Assembly (NCBI GenBank): GCA_028278105.1
Contig: JANQEX010000074.1
Span: 6,237-70,236, forward strand
Length of the DNA stretch: 64,000 nucleotides
Origin: Alphaproteobacteria bacterium
GTDB taxonomy: Bacteria; Pseudomonadota; Alphaproteobacteria; UBA9219; RGZA01
Reading direction: 5' to 3'
The translations under genes and the position numbers were made by a program. The first letter of the stretch is position 1, and each line of letters opens with the position of its first letter. The notes under the pieces are model-generated. The model had not been told where the DNA came from, did not search any database, and was given only the letters and a program-made list of their open reading frames with translations. Below, in pieces: positions 55,272 through 64,000 of this stretch.

Positions 55272-57362
55272 TCACCCCGCCCGCAGGGTCTTGATGGCGG
55301 CGTCGCAACGGAAAAGATAGAGCAGGTGGCGCAGCGTCTGCCCGCGCGCGCTCTTTAAATCGGGATCGCGGGAAAGGATCAGCCTGGCGTCATCGCGCGC
55401 GGCCAGAAGCAAATCCTGATGCGCGGCAAAATCGGCCAGACGGAATTCGGGCATGCCGCTCTGGCGCGCGCCCAGCACTTCGCCGGGGCCGCGCAGGCGG
55501 AGGTCTTCCTCGGCGATGCGGAAGCCGTCATTCGTCTCGCGCATGGTTTTCAGGCGGGCCCTGGCGGTTTCGCCGAGAGGCTGCGCGTAGAGCAAAAGGC
55601 AGGAGGAGGGCGCATCGCCCCGCCCCACGCGCCCGCGCAACTGGTGAAGCTGGGCAAGGCCGAAGCGCTCGGCATGCTCGATCACCATCAAGGTGGCCGA
55701 CGGCACGTCGACGCCCACTTCCACCACGGTGGTGGCCACAAGCACGGCCGCGCCGCCTTCCGCGAAATCGCGCATCGCCGCGTCGCGCGCGGCCGGCTTC
55801 ATGCGCCCATGCATCAGGCGCGCCTTGTCCGGGCCCAGAAGCCTTTGCAGTTCTTCAAGACGGCGGGACGCTGCGGCAAGATCGCTGACTTCGGATTCAT
55901 CAATCAGCGGGCAGACCCAATAAGCCTTCCCGCCGCCGGCTGTTTTCCGTTTCAGGGCTTCGGCGACTTCCGGCAGGCGTTCCAGCGGAATCGCGCGGGT
56001 GTCGATGGGCGTGCGCCCCGTCGGCTTCTCGTCCAGGCGCGAGATGTCCATGTCGCCGTAATAGGTCAGCGCCAGCGTGCGCGGAATGGGCGTGGCGGTC
56101 AGCACCAGCAAATCGGGCAGGCGGCCCTTGGAGGAAAGCGCCAGGCGCTGATGCACGCCGAAGCGGTGCTGCTCGTCCACCACCGCGAGGGCAAGGCCGG
56201 CGAAGTCCACGTCTTCCTGAAAAAGCGCGTGCGTGCCGATAACGAGCCTCGCGCCGCCGCTTGCGATTTTTTCCAGCGCGCCGCGTTTTTCCGCCGTGTT
56301 CAGCCGTCCGGTGAGAAGGACCGTTTCCACCGGCATGCCGCCCAGATAATTCTTGATCGAAGCCGCGTGCTGCTGCGCCAGCAAATCGGTCGGGGCCATC
56401 AGGGCGGCCTGCGATCCCGCCTCGACCGCCTGCAACATGGCCATCAGCGCCACCAGCGTCTTGCCGCTGCCGACATCGCCTTGCAAAAGGCGTGTCATGC
56501 GGTTGGGGGATTCCATGTCGGCGGCGATTTCGCCGAAAACACGGCTCTGCGCGGCCGTCGGCGCGAAGGGCAGGGCGGAAAGCAACTCACCGCGCAGCCT
56601 GTTGTCGCCCTTCAGCGGATGCCCGCGAAGATGGCGCTGCTTCTCGCGCACCAGGGCAAGGGCAAGCTGGCCTGATAACAACTCGTCGTAGGCCAGGCGC
56701 TGGCGGGCGGGGGAAGCCGCCAGGCAGTCCGCCTCGCTTTCCGGCGCATGGAGCTTTTGCACCGCTTCTTTCCAAGAGGGCCAGTTGTTTTTTTGCTGAA
56801 AGGCGGGTTCGATCCATTCGGGAAGTTCGGGCAATTTTTGCAGGGCAAGGCGCAGCGCCTTCAAAAGCGGCCTCGCGGGCAGGCCGGTGGCAAGCGGATA
56901 AACCGCCTCGCGCAGCGGAATGTCGCCCGCGCGCTCCGGTGGCAGGACGTAATCGGGATGCGTGATCTGCTTCTTGCCCTGAAATTCATCCAGCATGCCG
57001 GCGACCGCCAGATTTTTGCCGGCTTCAAAGGTGCGTTGCAGGTAATCGCCTTTTGCATGGAAATAAACGAGGTCAAGAAAACCGCTGTCGTTGCCGGCCC
57101 GCACGCGCGAAGGCCGCCCATGCCCGCCCGGAAAAATTCCCTGCACCTCCACCTCCAGCAGCACGGCGGAGCCGGGAGGCGTTTTGGTGATGGGAGGATA
57201 TTTGAGGCGGGCGATGACGCGATAGGGCTTGTGGAACAGCAGATCCACGACGTCCTCGCCCGCCAGTTTGGCGATTGCGCCCGCGAATTTCGGGCCGATG
57301 CCCTTCAGGCCGCGCACCGGGGCGAAAAGCGGATTTAACAGGGTGGGGCGAAGGTTGGTCAT
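55272..57362 (-). CDS. recG: ATP-dependent DNA helicase RecG
   Basis: Wedge domain plus SF2 helicase motifs (GDVGSGKT, DEQHRFG, C-terminal TRG motif region). Confidence 0.9.
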   Translation of the reverse strand: MTNLRPTLLNPLFAPVRGLKGIGPKFAGAIAKLAGEDVVDLLFHKPYRVIARLKYPPITKTPPGSAVLLEVEVQGIFPGGHGRPSRVRAGNDSGFLDLVYFHAKGDYLQRTFEAGKNLAVAGMLDEFQGKKQITHPDYVLPPERAGDIPLREAVYPLATGLPARPLLKALRLALQKLPELPEWIEPAFQQKNNWPSWKEAVQKLHAPESEADCLAASPARQRLAYDELLSGQLALALVREKQRHLRGHPLKGDNRLRGELLSALPFAPTAAQSRVFGEIAADMESPNRMTRLLQGDVGSGKTLVALMAMLQAVEAGSQAALMAPTDLLAQQHAASIKNYLGGMPVETVLLTGRLNTAEKRGALEKIASGGARLVIGTHALFQEDVDFAGLALAVVDEQHRFGVHQRLALSSKGRLPDLLVLTATPIPRTLALTYYGDMDISRLDEKPTGRTPIDTRAIPLERLPEVAEALKRKTAGGGKAYWVCPLIDESEVSDLAAASRRLEELQRLLGPDKARLMHGRMKPAARDAAMRDFAEGGAAVLVATTVVEVGVDVPSATLMVIEHAERFGLAQLHQLRGRVGRGDAPSSCLLLYAQPLGETARARLKTMRETNDGFRIAEEDLRLRGPGEVLGARQSGMPEFRLADFAAHQDLLLAARDDARLILSRDPDLKSARGQTLRHLLYLFRCDAAIKTLRAG

Positions 57363-57492
57363 GTCCTATAGGTCGATTGACGTTTGAACCAATGACAATG
57401 AGCGCACATTTCCGCGGCCTGGCTGCGCGAAAGCTGCGCCGGATCTCTTTGCAAGCGCATCCTTCGGGCGCTTGCCCGGAATGTTCGTATCA

Positions 57493-58137
57493 TTATTTCA
57501 AGGCAATCACCAGTTCCCGCGGCGTACGGGCAAGATGATCGGGCCTGAACGCGGCAAGGTAGTCTTCATCGCGCATGCCCCAGCAGACGGCGACGCTTTT
57601 TACGCCTGCCGCACGGGCGGCAAGGATGTCGGACTCGCTGTCGCCCACCATGACGGCGTCTTGCGCAAGCGCGTCCGCTTCTTTCAGCGCGTGGTGGATA
57701 AGGTCGGGCTTCGGCTTGTGACGCAGGCTGCCTTTCGTCACCAGATCGCCATGGGCGATGAAAGAAAACGCGCCATCCATGCCGTGATGCCGGAGAAAAA
57801 GCTCAAGCGCCTCCAAGGGGCGGTTGGTGGCGATGGCGTGTTTGGCATTGCACCGCCGGGTATCGTCCAGCAGGGGCCTAACCCAGTCAAATAACGCAAG
57901 CTGATTTCGTTTGGCCAGGCTGTAATACTCGTCGACTGTTTCATAACGTATTTCCAACTGCGCCTCGCGCGAAAGTCCCCAGCCATAATCGAAAAGCTCA
58001 TGGTGGCCGAAATTCAGCTTCAACACTTTTTCATCCGCCGGAGGCAAGCCGCGCCTTTGCGTCACGCGCGCGCAGGCCTGCCGGTAAACCGGCCAGCTAT
58101 CGGCGATTGTGCCGTCAACGTCCCATATGATAAGCAT
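57493..58137 (-). CDS. HAD-superfamily phosphatase (phosphoglycolate phosphatase-like)
   Basis: Motif I IIWDVDGTIADS and HAD-IA core. Confidence 0.65.
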   Translation of the reverse strand: MLIIWDVDGTIADSWPVYRQACARVTQRRGLPPADEKVLKLNFGHHELFDYGWGLSREAQLEIRYETVDEYYSLAKRNQLALFDWVRPLLDDTRRCNAKHAIATNRPLEALELFLRHHGMDGAFSFIAHGDLVTKGSLRHKPKPDLIHHALKEADALAQDAVMVGDSESDILAARAAGVKSVAVCWGMRDEDYLAAFRPDHLARTPRELVIALK

Positions 58138-58157
58138 ACGCCCTCGCGGAAAGATGA

Positions 58158-58445
58158 ATGATGCAAAATAACCTGTCCGGCTTGCGCAAAAAACTGGTTT
58201 TTCGCTCCTGGCATCGCGGCACGCGCGAGATGGACCTGCTGCTGGGCCGCTTTGCCGAGGCCTGCCTGCCCGGTTTCGGCATGGAAGAGTTGCGCCTTTA
58301 CGAGGATTTGCTGCTGGAAAGCGACCCCGATCTTTATGGCTGGATCAGCGGCGCCTCCGCCTTGCCCGCCGGAAAGCGCAATGCCGTGACGGAGAAGCTG
58401 TTGGGGTATTTTGAAAAAAGTGGTTTGAAGGAACAGGCTTCATGA
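58158..58445 (+). CDS. sdhE: Succinate dehydrogenase flavinylation factor SdhE (DUF339)
   Basis: RSWHRGTREMDLLLGRF motif. Conserved alphaproteobacterial recG-sdhE-mfd context. Confidence 0.8.
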   Translation: MMQNNLSGLRKKLVFRSWHRGTREMDLLLGRFAEACLPGFGMEELRLYEDLLLESDPDLYGWISGASALPAGKRNAVTEKLLGYFEKSGLKEQAS

Positions 58446-58477
58446 AAAAGAAAAGGCTGAACTCCCCTCCCCATGCC

Positions 58478-58570
58478 CGCCTACGCCTAGGCCTCGGCGG
58501 GTCCTTGGAGAAAGCTTGTCCGCCGAAGCCCGCAGGGCGGAGGCGGAGAGGGGTTAGGGTAGGGAAGTGG
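58478..58570. repeat. About 90-bp GC-rich palindromic element (inverted copy) upstream of mfd
   Basis: Reverse complement of the family at 17493, 21866 and 28859. Confidence 0.7.
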
Positions 58571-58732
58571 ATACAGATTTAAAGAGTCCCCCCTCACCAG
58601 CAAAATCTAACCGTTTAGCTTCGCTAAACGGAAGATTTTGCAACCTCTCCCCTGTCAGGGGAGAGGAAGATTTTATATAGTCCTTTCAGGGGCTTCTCCT
58701 TTAATTCGCCGTTTCACCAAGTATCGCATTTC

Positions 58733-61700
58733 ATGCTTCCCGCTCTTGATCTCCAAAAACCCGGCGGGGTTACGCTGCATGGCGCGCCGTTCGGGCATCA
58801 CGCCCGCGTGCTGGCCGAGCTTGCGGAGCGGGCGCGGCCCGGCCCGGTTCTTTATGTGGCTTCCGGCGACGTGGAGGCGGCGGTCACCGAAACCCTGCTG
58901 CGTTTCTTTGCGCCGGGCGGCGAGATTATTTCCTTTCCCGGCTGGGATTGTCTGCCTTACGACCGCGTGGGTCCCGGCGCGGAAGTTACCGCCAAACGCA
59001 TGGAGGCGCTCTGCGCCCTTCAACGCCCGCCGCGGGCGCCGCGCGTTGTTGTCACGACCGTTTCCGCCGTTTCGCAACGCCTGCCGCCGCCGGAGGCGCT
59101 GGAAGGCCATGCCTTTTCCATCGCCAAAGGCCAAAAGCTGGATCTGGAAAAATTCCGCCTGTTCCTTTCGCATAACGGCTATGCGCGGGTGGAAACGGTG
59201 CGGGCCGCGGGCGAATACGCCTTGCGCGGCGGGATCATGGATGTTTTTCCTTCGGGAGCCGGAGTCCCCTTGCGCCTGGATCTGGCGGGGGAGGAGGTGG
59301 AGACGCTTCGCAACTTCGATCCCTTCACCCAACGCAGCGAAACGCCGGTGGCGCAGGCGGATTTCCTGCCCGTCTCCGAATTGCGGCTGGACGAGGCGGC
59401 CGTCAGCCGCTTTCGCACCGCGTTCCGCGAGTTGTTCGGCGTGGGCGCGGGCGACCCGCTTTACGAAAGCGTCAGCGAAGGCCGCAAATATCCCGGCATG
59501 GAGCACGCGCTGCCGCTGTTTTACGAAAAGCTTTCCACGCCGCTTTCCGTCTTGCCGGGGGCGGTGGTGGTTCTGGATGCCAATGCGCCGGAAGCGCTGG
59601 CCGCCCGCCGCGCGCAGGCGGAGGATTTTTACGCCGCCCGTCTTGCCCTGGCCCGCGCCGCCAAAAAAGGAGGCGAGCCGGCCTACCGCGCCCTGCCGCC
59701 CGATGCGCTCCATGTCTCCCTGCCTGAATGGGAAAGGGAGCTTGCAAAGCATGTAAGCCTTACGCTTTCCCCATTCCCGCCGCCCGAAGAAGGGCTGGAT
59801 GCCGGCGGCCGCCGCGTACGCGACTTTGCCGAAACCCGTGCCCGGCATGAGGTCAATCTTTTCCAGGCGGTGGCCGACGCCATTAAGGAAGAGCTGAAAA
59901 CCCGTTCCGTTCTCCTGGCCTGTTACAGCGAAGGCTCCGGCGCGAGGCTCAAGCGCGTTCTGGAAGAGCATGGGCTTTCCGGCATGGGCGCGGCGGACGA
60001 TGCCGCCACGCTTCTGGAGAAAAACAAAAGACAGGCGGCGCTGGCCGTGCTGGGGCTGGAGCGCGGCTTTGCTTCGCCCGGTCTTCTGGTGTTCTCCGAG
60101 CAGGATATTCTGGGCGACCGTCTTGCGCGCCCCAAACCGCAGCGCAAGCGCAGCGACCTGACGCTGGAGCTTTCGCAGCTTGCCGAGGGCGATCTGGTGG
60201 TGCATGCCGAGCACGGCATCGGCCGCTACATGGGCCTTGAAACGCTGGACGCGGGCGGCAGTCCGCATGACTGCCTGCGCATCCTCTACGACGGCAATGC
60301 CCGGCTTTTCGTGCCGGTCGAGAATATGGAGGCGCTCAGCCGCTACGGTTCGCATGCCGAAGGCGTGGCGCTGGACAGGCTGGGCGGCGTGGCCTGGCAG
60401 GGCCGCAAGGCGCGGGTGAAAAAGCGGCTGAAGGACATGGCCGACGCGCTTTTGAAAATCGCCGCCGAACGCGCCCTTCATAAGGCCGAGCGCATTATGG
60501 TTCCGGCGGGCGTTTATGAGGAGTTCGCCGCCCGTTTTCCCTATGCCGAAACGGAGGATCAGGAACGCGCCATCGAAAGCGTGCTTGAAGACATGGCCGG
60601 CGGCCGCCCCATGGACCGGCTGGTCTGCGGCGATGCGGGCTTCGGCAAGACGGAGGTGGCCATCCGCGCCGCCTTCGCCGCCGTGCAGTCGGGATTGCAG
60701 GTGGCCATCGTCGCGCCGACCACGCTGCTGGCGCGCCAGCATTTCCGCAACTTCTCCGCGCGCTTTCACGGGCTTCCGGCGCGCATGGCCCAGCTTTCGC
60801 GCCTTGTGCCCGTGAAGGAGGCCGGAGCCATCAAAAAAGGCCTGAAAGAGGGCGCGGTGGATGTGGTGATCGGCACGCATGCGCTGCTGGGCAAGGATGT
60901 CGCTTTTAAAAATCTTGGCCTTCTGGTGGTGGATGAAGAGCAGCATTTCGGCGTGAAGCAGAAAGAGCGCCTCAAGCATCTTCGCGCCGGTGTCCATGTG
61001 CTGACGCTGACGGCCACGCCCATTCCGCGTACGCTGCAACTGGCTTTGGCGGGTGTGCGCGAGCTTAGCCTTATCACCACGCCACCCGTCGACCGGCTTT
61101 CGGTGCGCAGCTTCGTGCTGCCTTATGATGGCCTCGTGATCCGCGAGGCCTTGATGCGCGAGCATTTTCGCGGCGGGCAGAGCTTTTACGTCTGTCCAAG
61201 GGTGGAAGATCTTGGCCCCGTGCGCGAAAGGCTGAAGGAACTGACGCCGGAGTTGAAAATCGCCGTGGCGCACGGGCAGATGCCCGCAGCGCAGCTTGAG
61301 GAGGTGATGGAGAACTTCGACGACGCGCGTTTCGACATTCTTCTTTCCACCAATATCGTGGAATCCGGCCTTGATATTGCCAACGCCAATACCATCGTGA
61401 TGCATCGGGCCGACATGTTCGGCCTTGCCCAGCTATACCAGTTGCGCGGGCGGGTGGGGCGCGGCAAGCAGCGCGGTTATGCCTATCTGACTTACGATGC
61501 GGTCCGGCCCCTTTCGCCGCAGGCGCAGCAAAGGCTGGAGGTTCTGGCCTCGCTGGAAGGCCTGGGCGCGGGCTTTCAGCTTGCCAGTCATGACCTGGAT
61601 ATCCGCGGCGCGGGCAACCTGCTGGGGGAAGAGCAGTCGGGCCATATCCGCGAGGTGGGGATTGAGCTTTACCAGCACATGCTGGAAGACGCCATTGCCG

Positions 61701-62188
61701 ATGCCCGCGCCGGCGCGGGCGAGGCGGCGCCGCGCGAGGACTGGATGCCGCAGATCAATCTTGGCCTGGCGGTGCTGATCCCTGAGAGCTATGTGGCGGA
61801 TCTGGGCCTGCGGCTCAATCTTTACCGCCGCCTTGCCGGGCTGGAGGACGACAGGGAGATCGAAGCCTTTGCGGCCGAGTTGATCGACCGCTTCGGCCCC
61901 CTGCCGCAGGAAGTTCAGAATTTGCTGGAGGTTGTGGCCATCAAGCGGCTTTGCAAACAGGCGGGGGTGGCGCGCTGCGACGCCGGGCCGCAAGGGCTGG
62001 CGCTGGCCCTGCACAACAATTCATTTGCCAAACCGGAAAAGCTGGTGGCTTACCTGCAAGACAGCGGCGGGCTTGCCCGCGTCCGGCCCGACCAGAAACT
62101 GGCCTTCAGCCGCAATATGGGCGACGCCGCCGCCCGCGTGAAAGGGGTGAAGAAGGTGTTGGAAGAATTGATTGGACTGGCGGGGTGA
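58733..62188 (+). CDS. mfd: Transcription-repair coupling factor Mfd
   Basis: 1151 aa with UvrB-homology N-terminal domains, RNAP-interaction domain, SF2 translocase motifs (GDAGFGKTEVA, DEEQHFG) and TRG motif. Confidence 0.9.
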   Translation: MLPALDLQKPGGVTLHGAPFGHHARVLAELAERARPGPVLYVASGDVEAAVTETLLRFFAPGGEIISFPGWDCLPYDRVGPGAEVTAKRMEALCALQRPPRAPRVVVTTVSAVSQRLPPPEALEGHAFSIAKGQKLDLEKFRLFLSHNGYARVETVRAAGEYALRGGIMDVFPSGAGVPLRLDLAGEEVETLRNFDPFTQRSETPVAQADFLPVSELRLDEAAVSRFRTAFRELFGVGAGDPLYESVSEGRKYPGMEHALPLFYEKLSTPLSVLPGAVVVLDANAPEALAARRAQAEDFYAARLALARAAKKGGEPAYRALPPDALHVSLPEWERELAKHVSLTLSPFPPPEEGLDAGGRRVRDFAETRARHEVNLFQAVADAIKEELKTRSVLLACYSEGSGARLKRVLEEHGLSGMGAADDAATLLEKNKRQAALAVLGLERGFASPGLLVFSEQDILGDRLARPKPQRKRSDLTLELSQLAEGDLVVHAEHGIGRYMGLETLDAGGSPHDCLRILYDGNARLFVPVENMEALSRYGSHAEGVALDRLGGVAWQGRKARVKKRLKDMADALLKIAAERALHKAERIMVPAGVYEEFAARFPYAETEDQERAIESVLEDMAGGRPMDRLVCGDAGFGKTEVAIRAAFAAVQSGLQVAIVAPTTLLARQHFRNFSARFHGLPARMAQLSRLVPVKEAGAIKKGLKEGAVDVVIGTHALLGKDVAFKNLGLLVVDEEQHFGVKQKERLKHLRAGVHVLTLTATPIPRTLQLALAGVRELSLITTPPVDRLSVRSFVLPYDGLVIREALMREHFRGGQSFYVCPRVEDLGPVRERLKELTPELKIAVAHGQMPAAQLEEVMENFDDARFDILLSTNIVESGLDIANANTIVMHRADMFGLAQLYQLRGRVGRGKQRGYAYLTYDAVRPLSPQAQQRLEVLASLEGLGAGFQLASHDLDIRGAGNLLGEEQSGHIREVGIELYQHMLEDAIADARAGAGEAAPREDWMPQINLGLAVLIPESYVADLGLRLNLYRRLAGLEDDREIEAFAAELIDRFGPLPQEVQNLLEVVAIKRLCKQAGVARCDAGPQGLALALHNNSFAKPEKLVAYLQDSGGLARVRPDQKLAFSRNMGDAAARVKGVKKVLEELIGLAG

Positions 62189-62231
62189 AAATATCCCCCT
62201 CCCTTTGGGAGAGGTGTTTGGGCATAGCCCT

Positions 62232-62792
62232 TCACCACGTCCTGACCGGACCGGTGTCCACATGCACGAAATCGGAGGCGGGGTAGTGGCCCACGCCGCC
62301 CGCTTTCAGGCGCAGGGCGGCCTTGTGGATGTGTTCGGTGCGCACGCCGGAGATGCGAAGGTCAATCGCCTTGCCCTGCATGTGGAAGCTTTTCTTCGCA
62401 ACGCCCTTGTGCGTCGCCGCAAGCTGCCGGTTGGTGGCGGGCGAGCGATAGCCGGAAATAATCTCAATCGGCGCGTGGCATCCCAGTCTGGCTTGAAGTT
62501 TATGAAGCAAATCAAATAGATGCAGGTCCATCTTCGTCACTTCGCCGCAATGGAAGTCGCGCAACAGGTAATTGAAGCCGCGCAGCGCGTCTTTGTCGTA
62601 ATGGCCCCCGCGCCAATAGGTACTGGCAAAGTGTTCATTTGTATGCAGATTGACGAACATCAGGCTGCGGTTGGATTGTTCCAGTATCGTCTTTGCCTGT
62701 GCCGGGACTGTCCATGGGACGGCGGCCACGGCGAGCGTGACGGCGGAAAGCTGTAAAAATCCGCGTCGGGTAAACTTCGAATTTAAATCCAT
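62232..62792 (-). CDS. DUF882 / peptidase M15-family protein with Tat signal
   Basis: Twin-arginine motif TRRGFLQLS and the YcbK-like C-terminal domain (SGYRSPATN...HMQGKAIDL). Confidence 0.7.
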   Translation of the reverse strand: MDLNSKFTRRGFLQLSAVTLAVAAVPWTVPAQAKTILEQSNRSLMFVNLHTNEHFASTYWRGGHYDKDALRGFNYLLRDFHCGEVTKMDLHLFDLLHKLQARLGCHAPIEIISGYRSPATNRQLAATHKGVAKKSFHMQGKAIDLRISGVRTEHIHKAALRLKAGGVGHYPASDFVHVDTGPVRTW

Positions 62793-62964
62793 AATATGGC
62801 GCATAAGACAAAAATGTTGTAAATCTAGTGTTAAGCTTGCCTGAGCATGAATGCCGTTATTATATCGAAATATTCCCGAAAGTATTATCAAAAATAAAAA
62901 CAAACGTGACTTGCGTTTTTTACGTAAATTGCGTAGGATATCTTAGGCTATTAAGGAGAAAAAA

Positions 62965-63247
62965 TATGGAAATGGACGGGAAAGCCAATGTCCCGGCCTC
63001 GGAGTTCACGAGGAATTTTGGGCATTACAAATTGCAAGCCCAGCGCGAGGCCGTGGCGGTATCAAGCCATGGGCGGGTTGCGGGCTATTTTGTCGCCGCG
63101 CGCGAGTACGAGGAATTGCTGAAGCTGAAAAACAACCGTCAAAGCTTTGCGACCGCCGAGCTTCCCGATGACGAGGTGAAAAACATTGTCTCCTCGCGCA
63201 TGGATCCGCGCCACGATCATCTCAACAAGCTGTTGGGCAAAAGATAG
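62965..63247 (+). CDS. Phd/YefM-like type II antitoxin (candidate)
   Basis: N-terminal VPASEFTRNFGHYKLQAQREAVAVSSHGRVAGYFV resembles Phd/YefM. AAGGAG RBS. AT-rich leader. Confidence 0.5.
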
Positions 63248-63256
63248 CGGGACCGC

Positions 63257-63685
63257 ATGGCGCTTCCTGAGCCCGAGGCGGGTCTTGTCATCTCCTATTC
63301 CTATCTTTGGCATGACGAAGGGAAGGAAGGACAAGAAGAGGGCCGCAAGGAGCGCCCCTGCGTGATTGTGCGGGTGGCCAAACGCGCCGGCGACGGAACC
63401 GTGGTCGTGACCGTTCTGCCTGTGACGCATCGCCCGCCGAAAGATTCAGCCGCCGCCATTGAAATTCCGCAGGCGATCAAGCGGCATCTGGAACTGGACT
63501 TGGAGCGATCCTGGATTGCCGTCCATGAAGGGAACAAATTTGTCTGGCCCGGATATGATCTGCGCAAGACGCCCGGAAAATCCGGCTTCGCCTACGGGTT
63601 TTTGCCGCCGCGTTTCTTCAGGAACGTGATTGAGGCATTCGGAGCATGGCATCGCTCCCGCAAGAGCCGGGTCACCTCCCGGTGA
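63257..63685 (+). CDS. Possible MazF/PemK-like toxin partner (uncertain)
   Basis: Pattern GLVISYSYLW...RPCVIVRV...VVTVLPVTHRP resembles the MazF/PemK core. The match is weak. Positioned 10 bp after the antitoxin-like gene. Confidence 0.35.
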   Translation: MALPEPEAGLVISYSYLWHDEGKEGQEEGRKERPCVIVRVAKRAGDGTVVVTVLPVTHRPPKDSAAAIEIPQAIKRHLELDLERSWIAVHEGNKFVWPGYDLRKTPGKSGFAYGFLPPRFFRNVIEAFGAWHRSRKSRVTSR

Positions 63686-63686
63686 A

Positions 63687-64000
63687 TCAAAGCATCGCCA
63701 GCCAGGCGTCATCAAGCTGATAGACGTCGTTATAAAATTGCACGCGGTCCTTGGCGTCCACCATCACGGTCCAGTAAAGCAGCTTGATGGGCATCGGCGT
63801 GCGGGGGCGAACCCTTTGGGTGCGCATGCGGTTGATGCGCCGCTGGATGGCTTCGGGCGTCCATTCCGGCCCGTCATTCATGACGATGGAAGCCAGTTCT
63901 TCCGGCTTTTTCAGGCGGATGCAGCCGGAGCTTTGGCGGCGGTCGTCGCGGTCGAACAGCTTCACATGAGGGGTGCCGTGCAGATAGACGGCAAAGCGGT
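63687..64000 (-). CDS. L,D-transpeptidase (YkuD domain), C-terminal part; N-terminus beyond window end
   Basis: Catalytic motif SSGCIRL in the C-terminal region. Confidence 0.7.
   Translation of the reverse strand, partial: RFAVYLHGTPHVKLFDRDDRRQSSGCIRLKKPEELASIVMNDGPEWTPEAIQRRINRMRTQRVRPRTPMPIKLLYWTVMVDAKDRVQFYNDVYQLDDAWLAML

Noticed and set aside
58673-61405. 910-aa minus-strand ORF
   Set aside because: Antisense shadow of mfd. Translation is Arg/Gly/His-rich without motifs.
1-64000. CRISPR arrays, rRNA genes, intact IS elements, prophage blocks
   Set aside because: Looked for regularly spaced direct repeats with unique spacers, 16S/23S signatures, transposase-length ORFs with TIRs, and phage structural genes. 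None were found. All repeats here are palindromic/hairpin or MITE-like without spacer architecture.

Overview
This 64-kb window is a high-GC (about 65%) chromosomal segment that looks alphaproteobacterial. The evidence is gene order: plsX-fabH-ihfA-merR, rplM-rpsI, recG-sdhE-mfd, feoAB, nrdAB and the hopanoid hpnA-B-C-D-E genes. It is mostly housekeeping. The window begins inside a PBP1A gene, followed by tRNA-Thr and a Fur-family regulator. Next comes a hopanoid cluster (hpnA, hpnB, hpnC, hpnD, hpnE), with ispH and hpnH about 12 kb further on. After that: feoAB, class I ribonucleotide reductase nrdAB with DnaA-box and NrdR-like motifs upstream, LPS/polysaccharide glycosyltransferases and an O-antigen-ligase-like protein, prmC, plsX-fabH-ihfA, tRNA-Pro, cutA, a 731-aa multidomain glycosyltransferase, rplM-rpsI, argC, rpmG, an acyl-CoA dehydrogenase, tsaC/sua5, bcp, a 1041-aa AsmA/YhdP-like protein, tyrS, anmK, a cysteine desulfurase with an HscB-like co-chaperone, recG-sdhE-mfd, and an L,D-transpeptidase at the right edge. 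The backbone is interrupted by several families of small interspersed repeats. One is a modular MITE-like element with about 20-bp terminal inverted repeats (TIRs) flanked by TA. Others are about 90-bp GC-rich palindromes, GCGGGCATGAC hairpins, AGGGTC/GACCCT arrays and CCCATTTG...CAAATGGG hairpins. There are also several small low-GC islets: an orphan ORF between hpnE and feoB, an IS5 transposase remnant with a hypothetical ORF next to tRNA-Pro, a 632-aa orphan protein overlapping the anmK 3' end, a higBA module with a GIY-YIG gene, and a Phd-like/MazF-like pair. There is no CRISPR array or rRNA. I could not identify any single clearly novel multi-gene system; the most unusual material is the repeat architecture and the low-GC orphan genes.
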